Source: Alphaproteobacteria bacterium
Lineage (GTDB): Bacteria > Pseudomonadota > Alphaproteobacteria > MPNO01 > VGEU01
DNA: 64,000 bases
NCBI GenBank assembly: GCA_016869145.1
Contig: VGEU01000005.1
Span: forward strand, 3,605-67,604
Reading direction: 5' to 3'
Shown here one piece after another: positions 53,054 to 62,520 of the stretch. The notes below the pieces were generated by a model. That model was not told where the DNA came from, ran no database searches, and was given only the letters and a program-made list of their open reading frames with translations. Both the position numbers and the translations under genes were made by a program. Numbering within the stretch: position 1 is the first letter of the stretch; each line of letters starts with the position of its first letter.

Positions 53054-54256
53054 GTGGCCGACAAGAAGTTCACGGTGGTGTCGAAGTCCGATGTCGTCGA
53101 GGCGGCGAAGGAAGACCTGCGCGGCTTCCTGTCGCCGATCGAGGCGATCATCGAGGACGTGCGTGCGGGCAAGATGGTCATCCTCGTCGATGACGAGCAC
53201 CGCGAGAACGAAGGCGATCTCATCGTCGCGGCCGAGAAGGCGACGCCCGACGTCATCAACTTCATGGCCAAGTTCGGCCGCGGCCTGGTCTGCCTGTCGC
53301 TCACCCGCAGCCGCGTCGAGGCGCTCGGCCTCCAGATGATGACGCGCCACAACCGCTCCGGTCACGGCACCGCCTTCACCGTCTCGATCGAGGCGCGGGA
53401 AGGCATCACGACCGGAATCTCCGCATTCGACCGCGCGCGCACGATCGAGGTCGCGATCGATCCGTCCAAGGGCAAGGACGATATCGTGAGCCCGGGTCAC
53501 ACGTTTCCGCTGGTCGCACAGGACGGCGGCGTCCTCGTGCGCGCCGGCCACACCGAAGCATCCGTCGACCTCGCGCGGCTCGCCGGCTTCGATCCCTCGG
53601 GCGTGATCTGCGAGGTCATGAACGAGGACGGCACGATGGCGCGGCTGCCCGACCTCGCCAAGTTCGCCCAGTTCCACGGCATCAAGCTCGGCACCATCGC
53701 CGACCTGATCGCCTATCGGCTGTCGAAGGACACGATCGTCGAGTCCGTGCTGGAGACCGCGGTCGAGCGCCGTCACGGCGGCAAGTTCCGGCTGATCGTC
53801 TACGTCAACAAGGTCTCGGGCGCCGAGCACATGGCGCTGGTCAAGGGCGACATCGGCGGACCTGAGCCCGTGCTCGTCCGCATGCACGCGATGAACATCC
53901 TCGACGATCTCGTGCACGATCTCGCGAGCAGCCGGTCGGGCGAGCTCGAGGCCTCGCTCCGCCTCATCGGTGAGGCGGGCCGCGGCGTGGTCGTCCTGAT
54001 CCGCGAGCCGCGCGTCCACCAGTTCTCGGCCCAGGTGCGCGATCGTCTCGACATCCCGAACCCGAAGGCGGCCGAGCAGCCGCGCGAGCCGACTGTGCTG
54101 CCGCTCCGCGACTACGGCGTCGGTGCGCAGATCCTCGCGAGTCTCGGCATCCGCGACATGATTCTCCTCACCAACACGACCCGTCAGGTGCCGGGTCTCG
54201 AGGGTTATGGGCTCCGCCTCGTCGAGCGCCGGCCGTTCAAGCCTTGGGAGTTCTAG
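53054..54256 (+). CDS. ribB: 3,4-dihydroxy-2-butanone-4-phosphate synthase fused to a degenerate GTP cyclohydrolase II-like domain (RibBX)
   Basis: [22 protein letters not shown]. The C-terminal domain reads [12 protein letters not shown] and lacks the Zn-binding Cys residues. Confidence 0.92.
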   Translation: MADKKFTVVSKSDVVEAAKEDLRGFLSPIEAIIEDVRAGKMVILVDDEHRENEGDLIVAAEKATPDVINFMAKFGRGLVCLSLTRSRVEALGLQMMTRHNRSGHGTAFTVSIEAREGITTGISAFDRARTIEVAIDPSKGKDDIVSPGHTFPLVAQDGGVLVRAGHTEASVDLARLAGFDPSGVICEVMNEDGTMARLPDLAKFAQFHGIKLGTIADLIAYRLSKDTIVESVLETAVERRHGGKFRLIVYVNKVSGAEHMALVKGDIGGPEPVLVRMHAMNILDDLVHDLASSRSGELEASLRLIGEAGRGVVVLIREPRVHQFSAQVRDRLDIPNPKAAEQPREPTVLPLRDYGVGAQILASLGIRDMILLTNTTRQVPGLEGYGLRLVERRPFKPWEF

Positions 54257-54257
54257 C

Positions 54258-54728
54258 GTGTACCAGCGTCCGCACGTCATGGTGGTCGAAGCGCGTTTCT
54301 ACGACGACCTCGCCGATGAGCTCTACCGGAACGCGACCGCCGTCCTCGAGGCCGCGGGCGCGAGCCACGACCGCTATGCCGTCGCCGGCGTGTTCGAGAT
54401 CCCGGCCGCGATCAAGTTCGCGCTCAAATCCGCCGAGCTGTTCGGCGCCGGGCCGCGCTATGACGGCTATCTCGCCCTCGGTTGCGTGATCCGGGGCGAG
54501 ACGACGCACTACGACTATGTCTGCACCGAGAGCGCGCGCGCGCTCCAGGACCTCGCCGTCGACCACGCGGCGGCGATCGGCTACGGCATCCTGACGACCG
54601 AGAACTACCAGCAGGCGCTCGCACGCGCCCAGAGCGGGGGCAACGGCAAGGACCGCGGCGGCCATGCGGCGCGGGCACTCCTCCGCCAGATCGAGCTCAG
54701 GCGTCAGTTCCGGCTCGATCCGCGCTGA
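54258..54728 (+). CDS. ribH: 6,7-dimethyl-8-ribityllumazine synthase
   Basis: EARFY, GVFEIP, LGCVIRGETTHYDYV, GILT. GTG 54258 inferred. Confidence 0.95.
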   Translation: MYQRPHVMVVEARFYDDLADELYRNATAVLEAAGASHDRYAVAGVFEIPAAIKFALKSAELFGAGPRYDGYLALGCVIRGETTHYDYVCTESARALQDLAVDHAAAIGYGILTTENYQQALARAQSGGNGKDRGGHAARALLRQIELRRQFRLDPR

Positions 54729-54742
54729 GCCGATGCCGGCCG

Positions 54743-55264
54743 ATGGAAGAGGCGTCACACCCGAAACCGTCCGAACGCGGCGGGCGTAGTCCGCGCCGCT
54801 TGCGCGAGGCGCGCGTCGCGGTCGTCCAGGCGCTCTACCAGATCGATCTCACCGGCGCGCCGGTCGATTCCGTGCTCGCCGAATTCCTGCGATACCGGCT
54901 GGCACGCGGCGCGGGCGAGGGGCCGGCGGTCGACACGGCGCGCTTCTCCGAGATCCTGCGCGGCACGATGCGGCGGCGGGCCGAGATCGATGCGATGCTG
55001 GTCGCGGTCCTGCCGCCGAGCTGGCCGCTCGTACGGCTCGAGGTCGTCCTGCGGGCGGTCCTCCGCGCCGGGGCGTACGAGCTTCTTGCGCGACCCGTCG
55101 TGCCGGTGCGGGTCGTGGTCAGCGAGTATGTCGATCTCGCGCGCGGCTTCCTGTCGGAGCCCGAGACGGGCATGGTGAACGGCATCCTCGACCGGCTGGC
55201 GCGGAGCCTTCGCCCCGGCGAGCTGGAGGGCCCTGGTCGTGACCAGGCCGCCCCGACCGGCTGA
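54743..55264 (+). CDS. nusB: Transcription antitermination factor NusB
   Basis: R..AR.AVVQALYQ, RAGAYEL, VSEYVDLA, NGILD. Confidence 0.93.
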   Translation: MEEASHPKPSERGGRSPRRLREARVAVVQALYQIDLTGAPVDSVLAEFLRYRLARGAGEGPAVDTARFSEILRGTMRRRAEIDAMLVAVLPPSWPLVRLEVVLRAVLRAGAYELLARPVVPVRVVVSEYVDLARGFLSEPETGMVNGILDRLARSLRPGELEGPGRDQAAPTG

Positions 55265-56228
55265 GTTCGACATCATCCGGCGCTATTTCGCGCCGCTCGC
55301 GGCGGGCGTCGACGCCGCCCTCGGTCTCGTCGACGACGCGGCCGTGATCGCGCTTCCCGACGGCCATCGCCAGGTCATCACCACCGACACGCTGATCGAG
55401 GGCGTCCACTTCTTCGCCGCCGATCCACCCGACCAGATCGCGCGCAAGATGCTTCGCGTGAACCTCTCCGACATCGCCGCGATGGGCGCCACGCCGACGG
55501 CATGCCTCCTCGCGATCAGCCTCGCCGAGCACTGCGACGAAGCCTGGATCGCGGCCTTCGCCGGCGGCCTCGGCGATGATCTCCGGCGTTTCGCCGTCGC
55601 GCTCGTCGGTGGCGACACGACGGCGACGCCGGGGCCGTTGACGCTGACGCTGACCGCGCTCGGGGTGGTGCCGGCCGGCGCTGAGATCCGGCGCTCGACC
55701 GCCGTCGCCGGCGATCACGTCTACGTCTCGGGAACGATCGGCGATGCCGCGCTCGGGCTTCGCGTGCTCGAGGGGCGCCTCGTGATCGGCGATCCGGCGG
55801 CGCGCGCCATGCTCGTCGAACGCTACCGCCTGCCCGAGCCGCGGACGGGGCTGGGACCGCTTCTTCGCGGCATCGCCTCGGCCATGGCCGATGTCTCCGA
55901 CGGCCTCATCGCCGATCTCGGCCACATCGCCGAGACCTCGGGCGTCGGCGCCGTGATCGAGGCGGCGCGCGTGCCGTGGTCGCCGGCGGCCCGTGCGGCC
56001 GTGGCGGCCGATCCGGCGCTCGCGGCGAGCCTCCTTGCCGGCGGCGACGATTACGAGCTCGTCTTCACCGCGCCGCCCGAACGCGACGCCGCGATCGCAG
56101 CAGCAGCGACCGCGGCGGCGGTACCGGTGAGCGCGATCGGGCGCATCGTCGCCGGTTCGGGCGTCACGGTCCTCGACGCTTTGGGCCGGCCGCTCGCGCT
56201 CGGCGCGGCAGGATATCAGCACCGGTGA
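55239..56228 (+). CDS. thiL: Thiamine-phosphate kinase
   Basis: EFDIIRRYF, DDAA, EGVHF, VNLSDIAAMG, GGDT, DVSDGL, GGDDYEL. Confidence 0.96.
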   Translation: MTRPPRPAEFDIIRRYFAPLAAGVDAALGLVDDAAVIALPDGHRQVITTDTLIEGVHFFAADPPDQIARKMLRVNLSDIAAMGATPTACLLAISLAEHCDEAWIAAFAGGLGDDLRRFAVALVGGDTTATPGPLTLTLTALGVVPAGAEIRRSTAVAGDHVYVSGTIGDAALGLRVLEGRLVIGDPAARAMLVERYRLPEPRTGLGPLLRGIASAMADVSDGLIADLGHIAETSGVGAVIEAARVPWSPAARAAVAADPALAASLLAGGDDYELVFTAPPERDAAIAAAATAAAVPVSAIGRIVAGSGVTVLDALGRPLALGAAGYQHR

Positions 56229-56235
56229 GGACGCC

Positions 56236-56251
56236 TTAACGCGGCGTTACC
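56236..56251 (+). promoter_or_regulatory. CtrA-type box upstream of the fliL-like gene
   Basis: TTAA-CGCGGCG-TTACC; one mismatch to consensus. Confidence 0.65.
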
Positions 56252-56300
56252 CATTCTGCGGTCAAATGGCCGGACTGTGGCCGCCTACCGGAGAATGCCG

Positions 56301-56797
56301 ATGGAGGGATCGGGCCGCCCCGGCTCGCGCCGAGGCCCTCTCAACCGCGCCGTCTGGTGCGCGTTCCTGCTCGCCTTCGTCGCGGGCGGCGTCGAGGGCG
56401 CGCGCGCCGCCGGCGCGCCGGCTCCGTCGAAGGACGAGGCAGAAGGGCCGGGCGTCGTGCCCCGGTTCGCTGGAGCCAAGTACTACATGCTCGAGCCGTT
56501 CGTCGTGCCGCTCCTCTCCGATGGCGAGCTCGACGGGCAGGTCTCGATCGTCATCGCGATCGAGCTCGTCGACGAGGATCACCGCGTCGACATCGCCAAG
56601 CGCCTGCCGCGCGTTCGCGCCGCGATGTACGAGACGCTGTTCCGGACCATCACCAGCCGGCCCGGCCGGCGCGGCGTGCCGCCGCTCGCGAGCCTCAAAC
56701 GGAACCTGCGCAACGCCGCCGAGCGCGAGGTGGGGCAGGGCCGGATCGCCGGATCCTGATCCAGCAGGCCTTCGAGGACCGCCCGGTCGGGCGCTGA
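56301..56797 (+). pseudogene. FliL-like protein with an apparent 1-nt deletion near the 3' end (real or assembly error)
   Basis: One N-terminal hydrophobic segment, YYMLEPFVVPL, IVIAIEL, LPRVRAA. The frame stops at 56759 (GRIAGS*) while the -1 frame continues ILIQQAFEDRPVGR* to 56797. Confidence 0.6.
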
Positions 56798-56864
56798 GAC
56801 GCGGCTGGCCGTAGGCAATTGCCGGTATCCAGCACCCTTTCGCTTGCCTATGCTCGGCCCCGCC

Positions 56865-58049
56865 ATGTCGTCCCGCGAGAACCGTCGCACCGTCCTCCTT
56901 CTCGCCCTGTGCCAGGCGTTGTTCATGACCTGCACGGCCGCGATCGTGACCTCGATCGCGTTGACCGGCTATCAGCTCGCCGAGAACAAGGCCTTCGCGA
57001 CGCTGCCGGTGGGGCTGCAGTTCCTGACCCACATGTGCGTCACGGTGCCGGCCTCGCTGTTCATGAAGCGCTATGGCCGCCAGGCCGGGTTCCTGGTCGG
57101 GGCCGGCATCGGGGCGGTCGGCGCGCTCACCGCGGCCTACGCGATCCTGGAGGCGAGCTTCACGCTGTTCTGCCTCGGGAGCGCGATCATCGGCGGCTTC
57201 AACTCGATCGCGCAGTTCTACCGCTTCGCCGCCGCCGACACCGCCGACGAGACCTATCGCCCGCGCGCGATCTCCTATGTCCTCGCCGGCGGGGTGATCG
57301 CCTCGTTCACCGGGCCCAACCTCGCGCATCTGACCAATGATCTGTTCGCGCCGATCGCCTTCGCCGGAACCTATGTCGCGGTCATCGGCGTCCAGGCGCT
57401 GATCGCCCTTGTTGTGCTCTCGATCCGGCTGCCGAGGCCGACCGAGAGCGAGCGGCGGGCGTCCGGGCGGCCGTTTCTCGAGATCGCCCGCCAGCCGACC
57501 TTCGCCATCGCCGTGCTCGGCGCCGTGGTCGGCTACGTCGTCATGTCGTTCCTGATGACGGTGACGCCGATCGCCATGGCCGAGTGCAATTTCACCTTCA
57601 CCGATTCGGCGTTCGTGATCCAAGGCCACGTGCTCGGCATGTTCGCGCCGTCCTTCATCACCGGCCACCTGATCGCCCGGTTCGGCGCCATCAACATCAT
57701 GACGACCGGCGCCGCGCTCCTCGTGGTGACTGTTCTGATCAACCTCTCGGGGATCGAGTTCCTGCACTTCCTGACCGCGATGACGCTCCTCGGCGTCGGC
57801 TGGAATTTCCTCTTCATCGGCGGCACGACGCTCCTCACGACATGCTACCAGCCGGCCGAGCGGGCCAAGGTCCAGGGCATCAACGACTTCATCATCTACG
57901 GCTGCATCACCATCGGCGTGTTCGCCTCGGGTGCGCTCCAGCACGCGGTCGGCTGGACCGCGGTCAACGTCATGATGGTGATCCCGGTGGTCGTGGTCCT
58001 GGGGGCGCTGTTCTGGCTCAAGAGCGCCGCCGCCCGGGCCCCCGCCTGA
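56865..58049 (+). CDS. MFS transporter
   Basis: About 12 TM helices, QFYRFAAAD, HVLGMFAPSF.TG.LI, GWNFLFIGGT. Confidence 0.9.
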   Translation: MSSRENRRTVLLLALCQALFMTCTAAIVTSIALTGYQLAENKAFATLPVGLQFLTHMCVTVPASLFMKRYGRQAGFLVGAGIGAVGALTAAYAILEASFTLFCLGSAIIGGFNSIAQFYRFAAADTADETYRPRAISYVLAGGVIASFTGPNLAHLTNDLFAPIAFAGTYVAVIGVQALIALVVLSIRLPRPTESERRASGRPFLEIARQPTFAIAVLGAVVGYVVMSFLMTVTPIAMAECNFTFTDSAFVIQGHVLGMFAPSFITGHLIARFGAINIMTTGAALLVVTVLINLSGIEFLHFLTAMTLLGVGWNFLFIGGTTLLTTCYQPAERAKVQGINDFIIYGCITIGVFASGALQHAVGWTAVNVMMVIPVVVVLGALFWLKSAAARAPA

Positions 58050-58216
58050 TCCGAATCGTCCGGCCGGGCACCGGTCGGATCGGTTGCCTTGCCCGCCCAG
58101 TTCTGTCATTTTCCGCGCGATTTCGCGCCCGCGAACCCGGCGGTTACCGACCACGCCGCCGAAGCGGGCCGATTCGACTCAAGGACCGTCCTGCCCCGTT
58201 CGATCCCGCCCGTATT

Positions 58217-58244
58217 CCTGAAGACCAGACCCTGAAGACCAGAC
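58217..58244. repeat. Perfect 14-bp tandem duplication just before the hppA RBS
   Basis: CCTGAAGACCAGAC x2. Confidence 0.9.
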
Positions 58245-58257
58245 AAGGATCCCGCCC

Positions 58258-60363
58258 ATGGCAAGCACGTACTGGATCGTCATCGCCTGTGGCGCGTTGG
58301 CGTTGCTTTACGGCGTCTACGCAGTCCGCTCGGTGCTGGCGACGAGCGCCGGCAACGCGCGCATGCAGGAGATCGCGGGCGCGATCCAGGAAGGCGCGCG
58401 GGCCTATCTCAATCGCCAGTACACCACGATCGCGATCGTCGGCGTCGCCATCGGCGTGCTCCTCGGCGTGCTCCTCAACATCTATGTCGCGATCGGCTAC
58501 TTCCTCGGCGCGATCCTGTCCGGCGCGGCGGGCTATATCGGGATGAACGTGTCGGTGCGCGCCAATGTGCGCACCGCCGATTCGGCGCGGACCGGCGGCA
58601 TGGTCCCGGCGCTCGCGGTCGCCTTCAAGTCGGGCGCGGTGACCGGCATGCTGGTGGTCGGGCTCGGCCTCCTCGGCGTCGCGGCCTATTATCTGGTCCT
58701 CCGCGAGATCTACAATCCGGCCGATCCCAAGGGGCTCCGCCACATCCTCGAGGCGCTGGTCGCGCTCGGCTTCGGCGCATCGCTCATCTCGATCTTCGCC
58801 CGCCTCGGCGGCGGTATCTTCACCAAGGGCGCCGACGTCGGCGCCGACCTCGTCGGCAAGATCGAGGCCGGCATCCCCGAGGACGACCCGCGCAACGCCG
58901 GCGTGATAGCCGACAACGTGGGCGACAATGTCGGCGACTGCGCCGGCATGGCGGCGGATCTGTTCGAGACCTACGCCGTCACCGTGGTGGCGACGATGCT
59001 GCTCGCCGCGATCTTCTTCACCGGCGCGGTGCAGGAAACGATGCTGGTGCTGCCGCTCCTGATCGGCGGCGTCTGCATCATCGGCTCGGTCATCGGGACG
59101 TTCTGCGTCCGGCTCGGTCCGAGCAACAACATCATGGCGGCGCTCTACAAGGGCCTGATCGTGACCGCCGTGATCTCGGCGGTGCTGATCGCGGTCTCGA
59201 TCTGGATGCTGTTCGGCAGCTTCTCGACCCCGATCAAGATGGGGGCGGAGACGATCCAGCCGCGCCATCTCCTCTACTGCGCGCTGATCGGGCTCGCGGT
59301 GACCGGCCTTCTCGTCTGGATCACCGAGTACTACACCTCGACCGCCTACCGCCCGGTGCGCAGCATCTCGCGGTCGTCGGAGACCGGTCACGCGACCAAC
59401 ATCATCCAGGGCCTCGCGGTCTCGATGGAGGCGTGCGCGCTGCCGGTGCTCGTGATCTCGGCCGCGATCGTGGTCGCCTATTTCGCGGCCGGGCTGTTCG
59501 GCATCGCGATCGCGGCGACCAGCATGCTGGCGCTCGCCGGCATGGTCGTCGCGCTCGACGCCTATGGACCGGTCACCGACAACGCCGGCGGCATCGCCGA
59601 GATGGCCGACCTGCCGGCCGACGTCCGCAAGGTCACTGACGCCCTCGATGCGGTCGGCAACACGACCAAGGCGGTCACCAAGGGCTACGCGATCGGCTCC
59701 GCCGGTCTCGCCGCGCTGGTGCTGTTCGCGGCCTACACCCAGGACCTCAAATACTACTTCCCGAAGATCGCCGATCAGGTGACCTTCAGGCTCGAGGATC
59801 CGTTCGTCGTGATCGGCCTCTTCATCGGCGGGCTCCTGCCCTATCTGTTCGGCGCCATGGGCATGATGGCGGTCGGTCGCGCCGGCGGCGAGGTCGTCGT
59901 CGAGGTCCGCCGCCAGTTCAGGGAGATCAAGGGCATCATGGAAGGCACGGCGCGGCCCGAATATGGCCGCGCGGTCGACATCCTGACACGGGCCGCGATC
60001 CGCGAGATGATCGTGCCGTCGCTCCTGCCGATCCTCGCACCGATCGTCGTCTATGTCGTGATCTACGCGGTCGCCGGTCAGGTCGCCGCGTTCGTGACAT
60101 TGGGCGCGCTGCTTCTCGGCACTATCGTGACCGGCCTGTTCGTCGCGATCTCGATGACTTCGGGTGGCGGTGCGTGGGACAACGCCAAGAAGTACATCGA
60201 GGAAGGACACCACGGCGGCAAGGGCTCGGAGGCGCACAAGGCGGCGGTCACCGGCGACACCGTCGGCGATCCCTACAAGGACACCGCCGGTCCCGCCGTC
60301 AATCCGATGATCAAGATCATCAACATCGTGGCGCTTCTCTTGCTCGCGATCGTCGCGGGCTGA
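58258..60363 (+). CDS. hppA: Membrane-bound H+-translocating pyrophosphatase (K+-independent type)
   Basis: [29 protein letters not shown] (Lys marks K+-independence), [10 protein letters not shown]. Confidence 0.96.
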   Translation: MASTYWIVIACGALALLYGVYAVRSVLATSAGNARMQEIAGAIQEGARAYLNRQYTTIAIVGVAIGVLLGVLLNIYVAIGYFLGAILSGAAGYIGMNVSVRANVRTADSARTGGMVPALAVAFKSGAVTGMLVVGLGLLGVAAYYLVLREIYNPADPKGLRHILEALVALGFGASLISIFARLGGGIFTKGADVGADLVGKIEAGIPEDDPRNAGVIADNVGDNVGDCAGMAADLFETYAVTVVATMLLAAIFFTGAVQETMLVLPLLIGGVCIIGSVIGTFCVRLGPSNNIMAALYKGLIVTAVISAVLIAVSIWMLFGSFSTPIKMGAETIQPRHLLYCALIGLAVTGLLVWITEYYTSTAYRPVRSISRSSETGHATNIIQGLAVSMEACALPVLVISAAIVVAYFAAGLFGIAIAATSMLALAGMVVALDAYGPVTDNAGGIAEMADLPADVRKVTDALDAVGNTTKAVTKGYAIGSAGLAALVLFAAYTQDLKYYFPKIADQVTFRLEDPFVVIGLFIGGLLPYLFGAMGMMAVGRAGGEVVVEVRRQFREIKGIMEGTARPEYGRAVDILTRAAIREMIVPSLLPILAPIVVYVVIYAVAGQVAAFVTLGALLLGTIVTGLFVAISMTSGGGAWDNAKKYIEEGHHGGKGSEAHKAAVTGDTVGDPYKDTAGPAVNPMIKIINIVALLLLAIVAG

Positions 60364-60385
60364 GGCGAAACGAGAGGCCTCGACG

Positions 60386-60432
60386 AGAAGCCCCGGCCGA
60401 TCGGCCGGGGCTTCTGCTTGGGGCTTCTGCTT
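60386..60432. terminator. Perfect 30-bp palindrome with a 13-bp tandem duplication of its right arm
   Basis: AGAAGCCCCGGCCGA|TCGGCCGGGGCTTCT at 60386-60415; GGGGCTTCTGCTT x2 at 60407-60432; lies between convergent hppA and bamE. Confidence 0.75.
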
Positions 60433-60473
60433 GGAGCTTTTGCGTCGCGATGCCGAAAGGCGGCGTCGGCGGC

Positions 60474-60944
60474 TCAGAACTGGGGATCGCCGCCGCCACG
60501 GCCGCGGCCGGAGTTGTTGAACCGGCCGATATTACCGAGGAGCTGCTCGACGAACGTATACTCGCGGCCGCGGGTCGGCGTTTCGCGCTCGACGATCTGG
60601 ACCGGGCGTGCGGCATCGCCATTGATCGTGTCGACCGCATCGACCCGACCGCGCCCGTCGAAGCGGACGACGATGACGCGCTGGTCGAGCGTCTTGGGGT
60701 TGAAGAAGGACGTGGTCTGCGTTTTGCGCCCGACATAGTACCAGGTCTCGCCTTCGAACATGGCGATGGTCGACGGCGTGCCGAGCTTCTCCGACACCGT
60801 CTCGCGGGTCGCGATCCCGGGCTGGATCTCGTCGAGCACGTCCTGCTCGGGCATGTTGCCATGGACGTCGACCGTCGGCACGCAGCCGGTGGCGGCGGCA
60901 AGGAGCGCGGTCGAGGCGAGGATCGTCGTCAGCATGCGGCGCAT
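60474..60944 (-). CDS. bamE: Outer membrane protein assembly lipoprotein BamE (SmpA/OmlA)
   Basis: Lipobox AATGC, HGN, LGTPS, WYY, RVIVVRFD; ends FVEQLLGNIGRF. Confidence 0.92.
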   Translation of the reverse strand: MRRMLTTILASTALLAAATGCVPTVDVHGNMPEQDVLDEIQPGIATRETVSEKLGTPSTIAMFEGETWYYVGRKTQTTSFFNPKTLDQRVIVVRFDGRGRVDAVDTINGDAARPVQIVERETPTRGREYTFVEQLLGNIGRFNNSGRGRGGGDPQF

Positions 60945-61008
60945 TGGTGACCCCCGGTCCTTTCGGCGGCTCGCGGTTCCGGCTTCGGGCGGCGCTCACG
61001 GCCGCGCG

Positions 61009-61078
61009 TTGACGCGGCGCGTCGTGCGTCCCATAACAGACCCGGCGCGAGAGTGCACAGAGCTCCCCGCGCTGTCAA
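61009..61078. promoter_or_regulatory. Overlapping divergent sigma70 promoters for cbp3 (+) and bamE (-)
   Basis: Plus strand TTGACG-N17-CATAAC (61009-61037); minus strand TTGACA-N17-CACTCT (61078-61050). Confidence 0.55.
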
Positions 61079-61097
61079 TCCGACGGGAGTTCGCACG

Positions 61098-61649
61098 ATG
61101 GCCCTGGCCGGCCGATCCAGCCGCGCGGCGCTCGAGGCGGCGTCGGAGCGCCTCTATGCGGCGATCGTCGCCCAGGCGCGCCAGCCCGGCTTCTACCTCG
61201 CGGGCGGGGTGCCGGATACGGTCGACGGGCGTTTCGACCTGATCGCGCTCCACGCGTTCCTGGTGCTCCGCCGCCTCAAGGATGGCCGGCCGGCGGCCGC
61301 GCCCTTGTCGCAGGCGCTGTTCGATCTCCTGTTCACCGACATGGACCGGAGCTTGCGCGAGATGGGCGCCGGGGATCTCGGGGTGGGGAGGCGCGTCAAG
61401 GCGATGGCCAAGGCCTTCTATGGTCGCATCGCGGCCTATGAGGAGGGGCTCGCGAAGGGCGGTGTCATGCTCGACGAGGCGATCGGTCGGAACCTCTTCC
61501 GCGGCGAAGACGTCCGACCGGAGGCGCTCAAGGCGATCGCCGCCTATCTCGAGCGGGAGGCGGCCGCGCTCGTCGAACAGAGGCTCGATGATCTCCTGGT
61601 CGGCACGGTCCGCTTCGGTCCGGCACCCGGCGACGGCGCGGTCGCATGA
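61098..61649 (+). CDS. Ubiquinol-cytochrome c chaperone (Cbp3/UQCC1 family)
   Basis: QARQP.FY...GVPDTVDGRFD, DMDRSLREMG.GDLGV..RVK, FYGR..AY. Confidence 0.93.
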   Translation: MALAGRSSRAALEAASERLYAAIVAQARQPGFYLAGGVPDTVDGRFDLIALHAFLVLRRLKDGRPAAAPLSQALFDLLFTDMDRSLREMGAGDLGVGRRVKAMAKAFYGRIAAYEEGLAKGGVMLDEAIGRNLFRGEDVRPEALKAIAAYLEREAAALVEQRLDDLLVGTVRFGPAPGDGAVA

Positions 61650-62203
61650 GCGGCGCGGGCGCGAGCGGCGGCGAACGGTCACCCGAGTTCTCGCGGCCCG
61701 TCGCGCTCGACAGCCTCCATCCCGGCGAGACCCGGTTCGAGATCGCCGCGAGCGCGGCCGAGCGTCTCGCGCTCGCGACGCGGTTCGCGATCCTCACGAT
61801 CGAACAGCTCGATGCGCGCGTGCGTGTCATCCGCCTGCCGCGGGCGAACCGGTTTCGCCTCCTCGGCGACCTCGCGGCGGACGTGGTGCAGAGCTGTGTC
61901 GTGACGCTCGAGCCGGTGCCGCAGCGCGTCGCGGCGACGTTTGATCTTACCTTCGAGCGGGTCGGCGAAGCGTCCGATCCAACCGAAGTCGTGATCGACA
62001 CGGACGCCGATCCGGAGCCGCTCTACGAGGACCGGATCGACATCGGCGAGGTGATCGCCGAGGAGCTTGCGCTCGCGCTCGATCCCTATCCGCGCGCGCC
62101 CGGACAGGCCTTCGTCGAGCCGCCGGCGACGGGCGAGGAGCGCCCGGATTCGCCCTTCGCCGCGCTCGCGGCGCTGAAGAAAGGCCCCAAGCCGCCAGCG
62201 TAG
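61646..62203 (+). CDS. DUF177/YceD family protein
   Basis: PEFSRPV, LA.RF, QSCVVTLEPV, LALDPYPR; precedes rpmF. Confidence 0.9.
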   Translation: MSGAGASGGERSPEFSRPVALDSLHPGETRFEIAASAAERLALATRFAILTIEQLDARVRVIRLPRANRFRLLGDLAADVVQSCVVTLEPVPQRVAATFDLTFERVGEASDPTEVVIDTDADPEPLYEDRIDIGEVIAEELALALDPYPRAPGQAFVEPPATGEERPDSPFAALAALKKGPKPPA

Positions 62204-62293
62204 CCGGCCAAGCCCTCGATTTTGTTGCCCTCGGCAGGCGCTTCGGCTAAGTAGACGCTTCCCAATCATGCCGTTTTCCGGAAAGCGTCGACG

Positions 62294-62476
62294 ATGGCCG
62301 TCCCGAAGAAAAAGGTCTCCAAGTCGCGCCGCAACATGCGGCGGTCGCACCACGCGGTGAAGACGGTGGCCTATGTCGAGTGCCCGAATTGCGGCGAGCT
62401 CAAGCGCCCGCACCATGTCTGCCAGGCTTGCGGCTACTACGACGAGCGTGAGGTCGTCGCGTCGTCGGCTGCGTAA
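62294..62476 (+). CDS. rpmF: 50S ribosomal protein L32 (Zn-ribbon form)
   Basis: [23 protein letters not shown]...HHVCQAC. Confidence 0.98.
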   Translation: MAVPKKKVSKSRRNMRRSHHAVKTVAYVECPNCGELKRPHHVCQACGYYDEREVVASSAA

Positions 62477-62520
62477 GCCGGAGCATGAACGCCTCGCGTT
62501 CGGGCTAGGGGAGGGGACCG

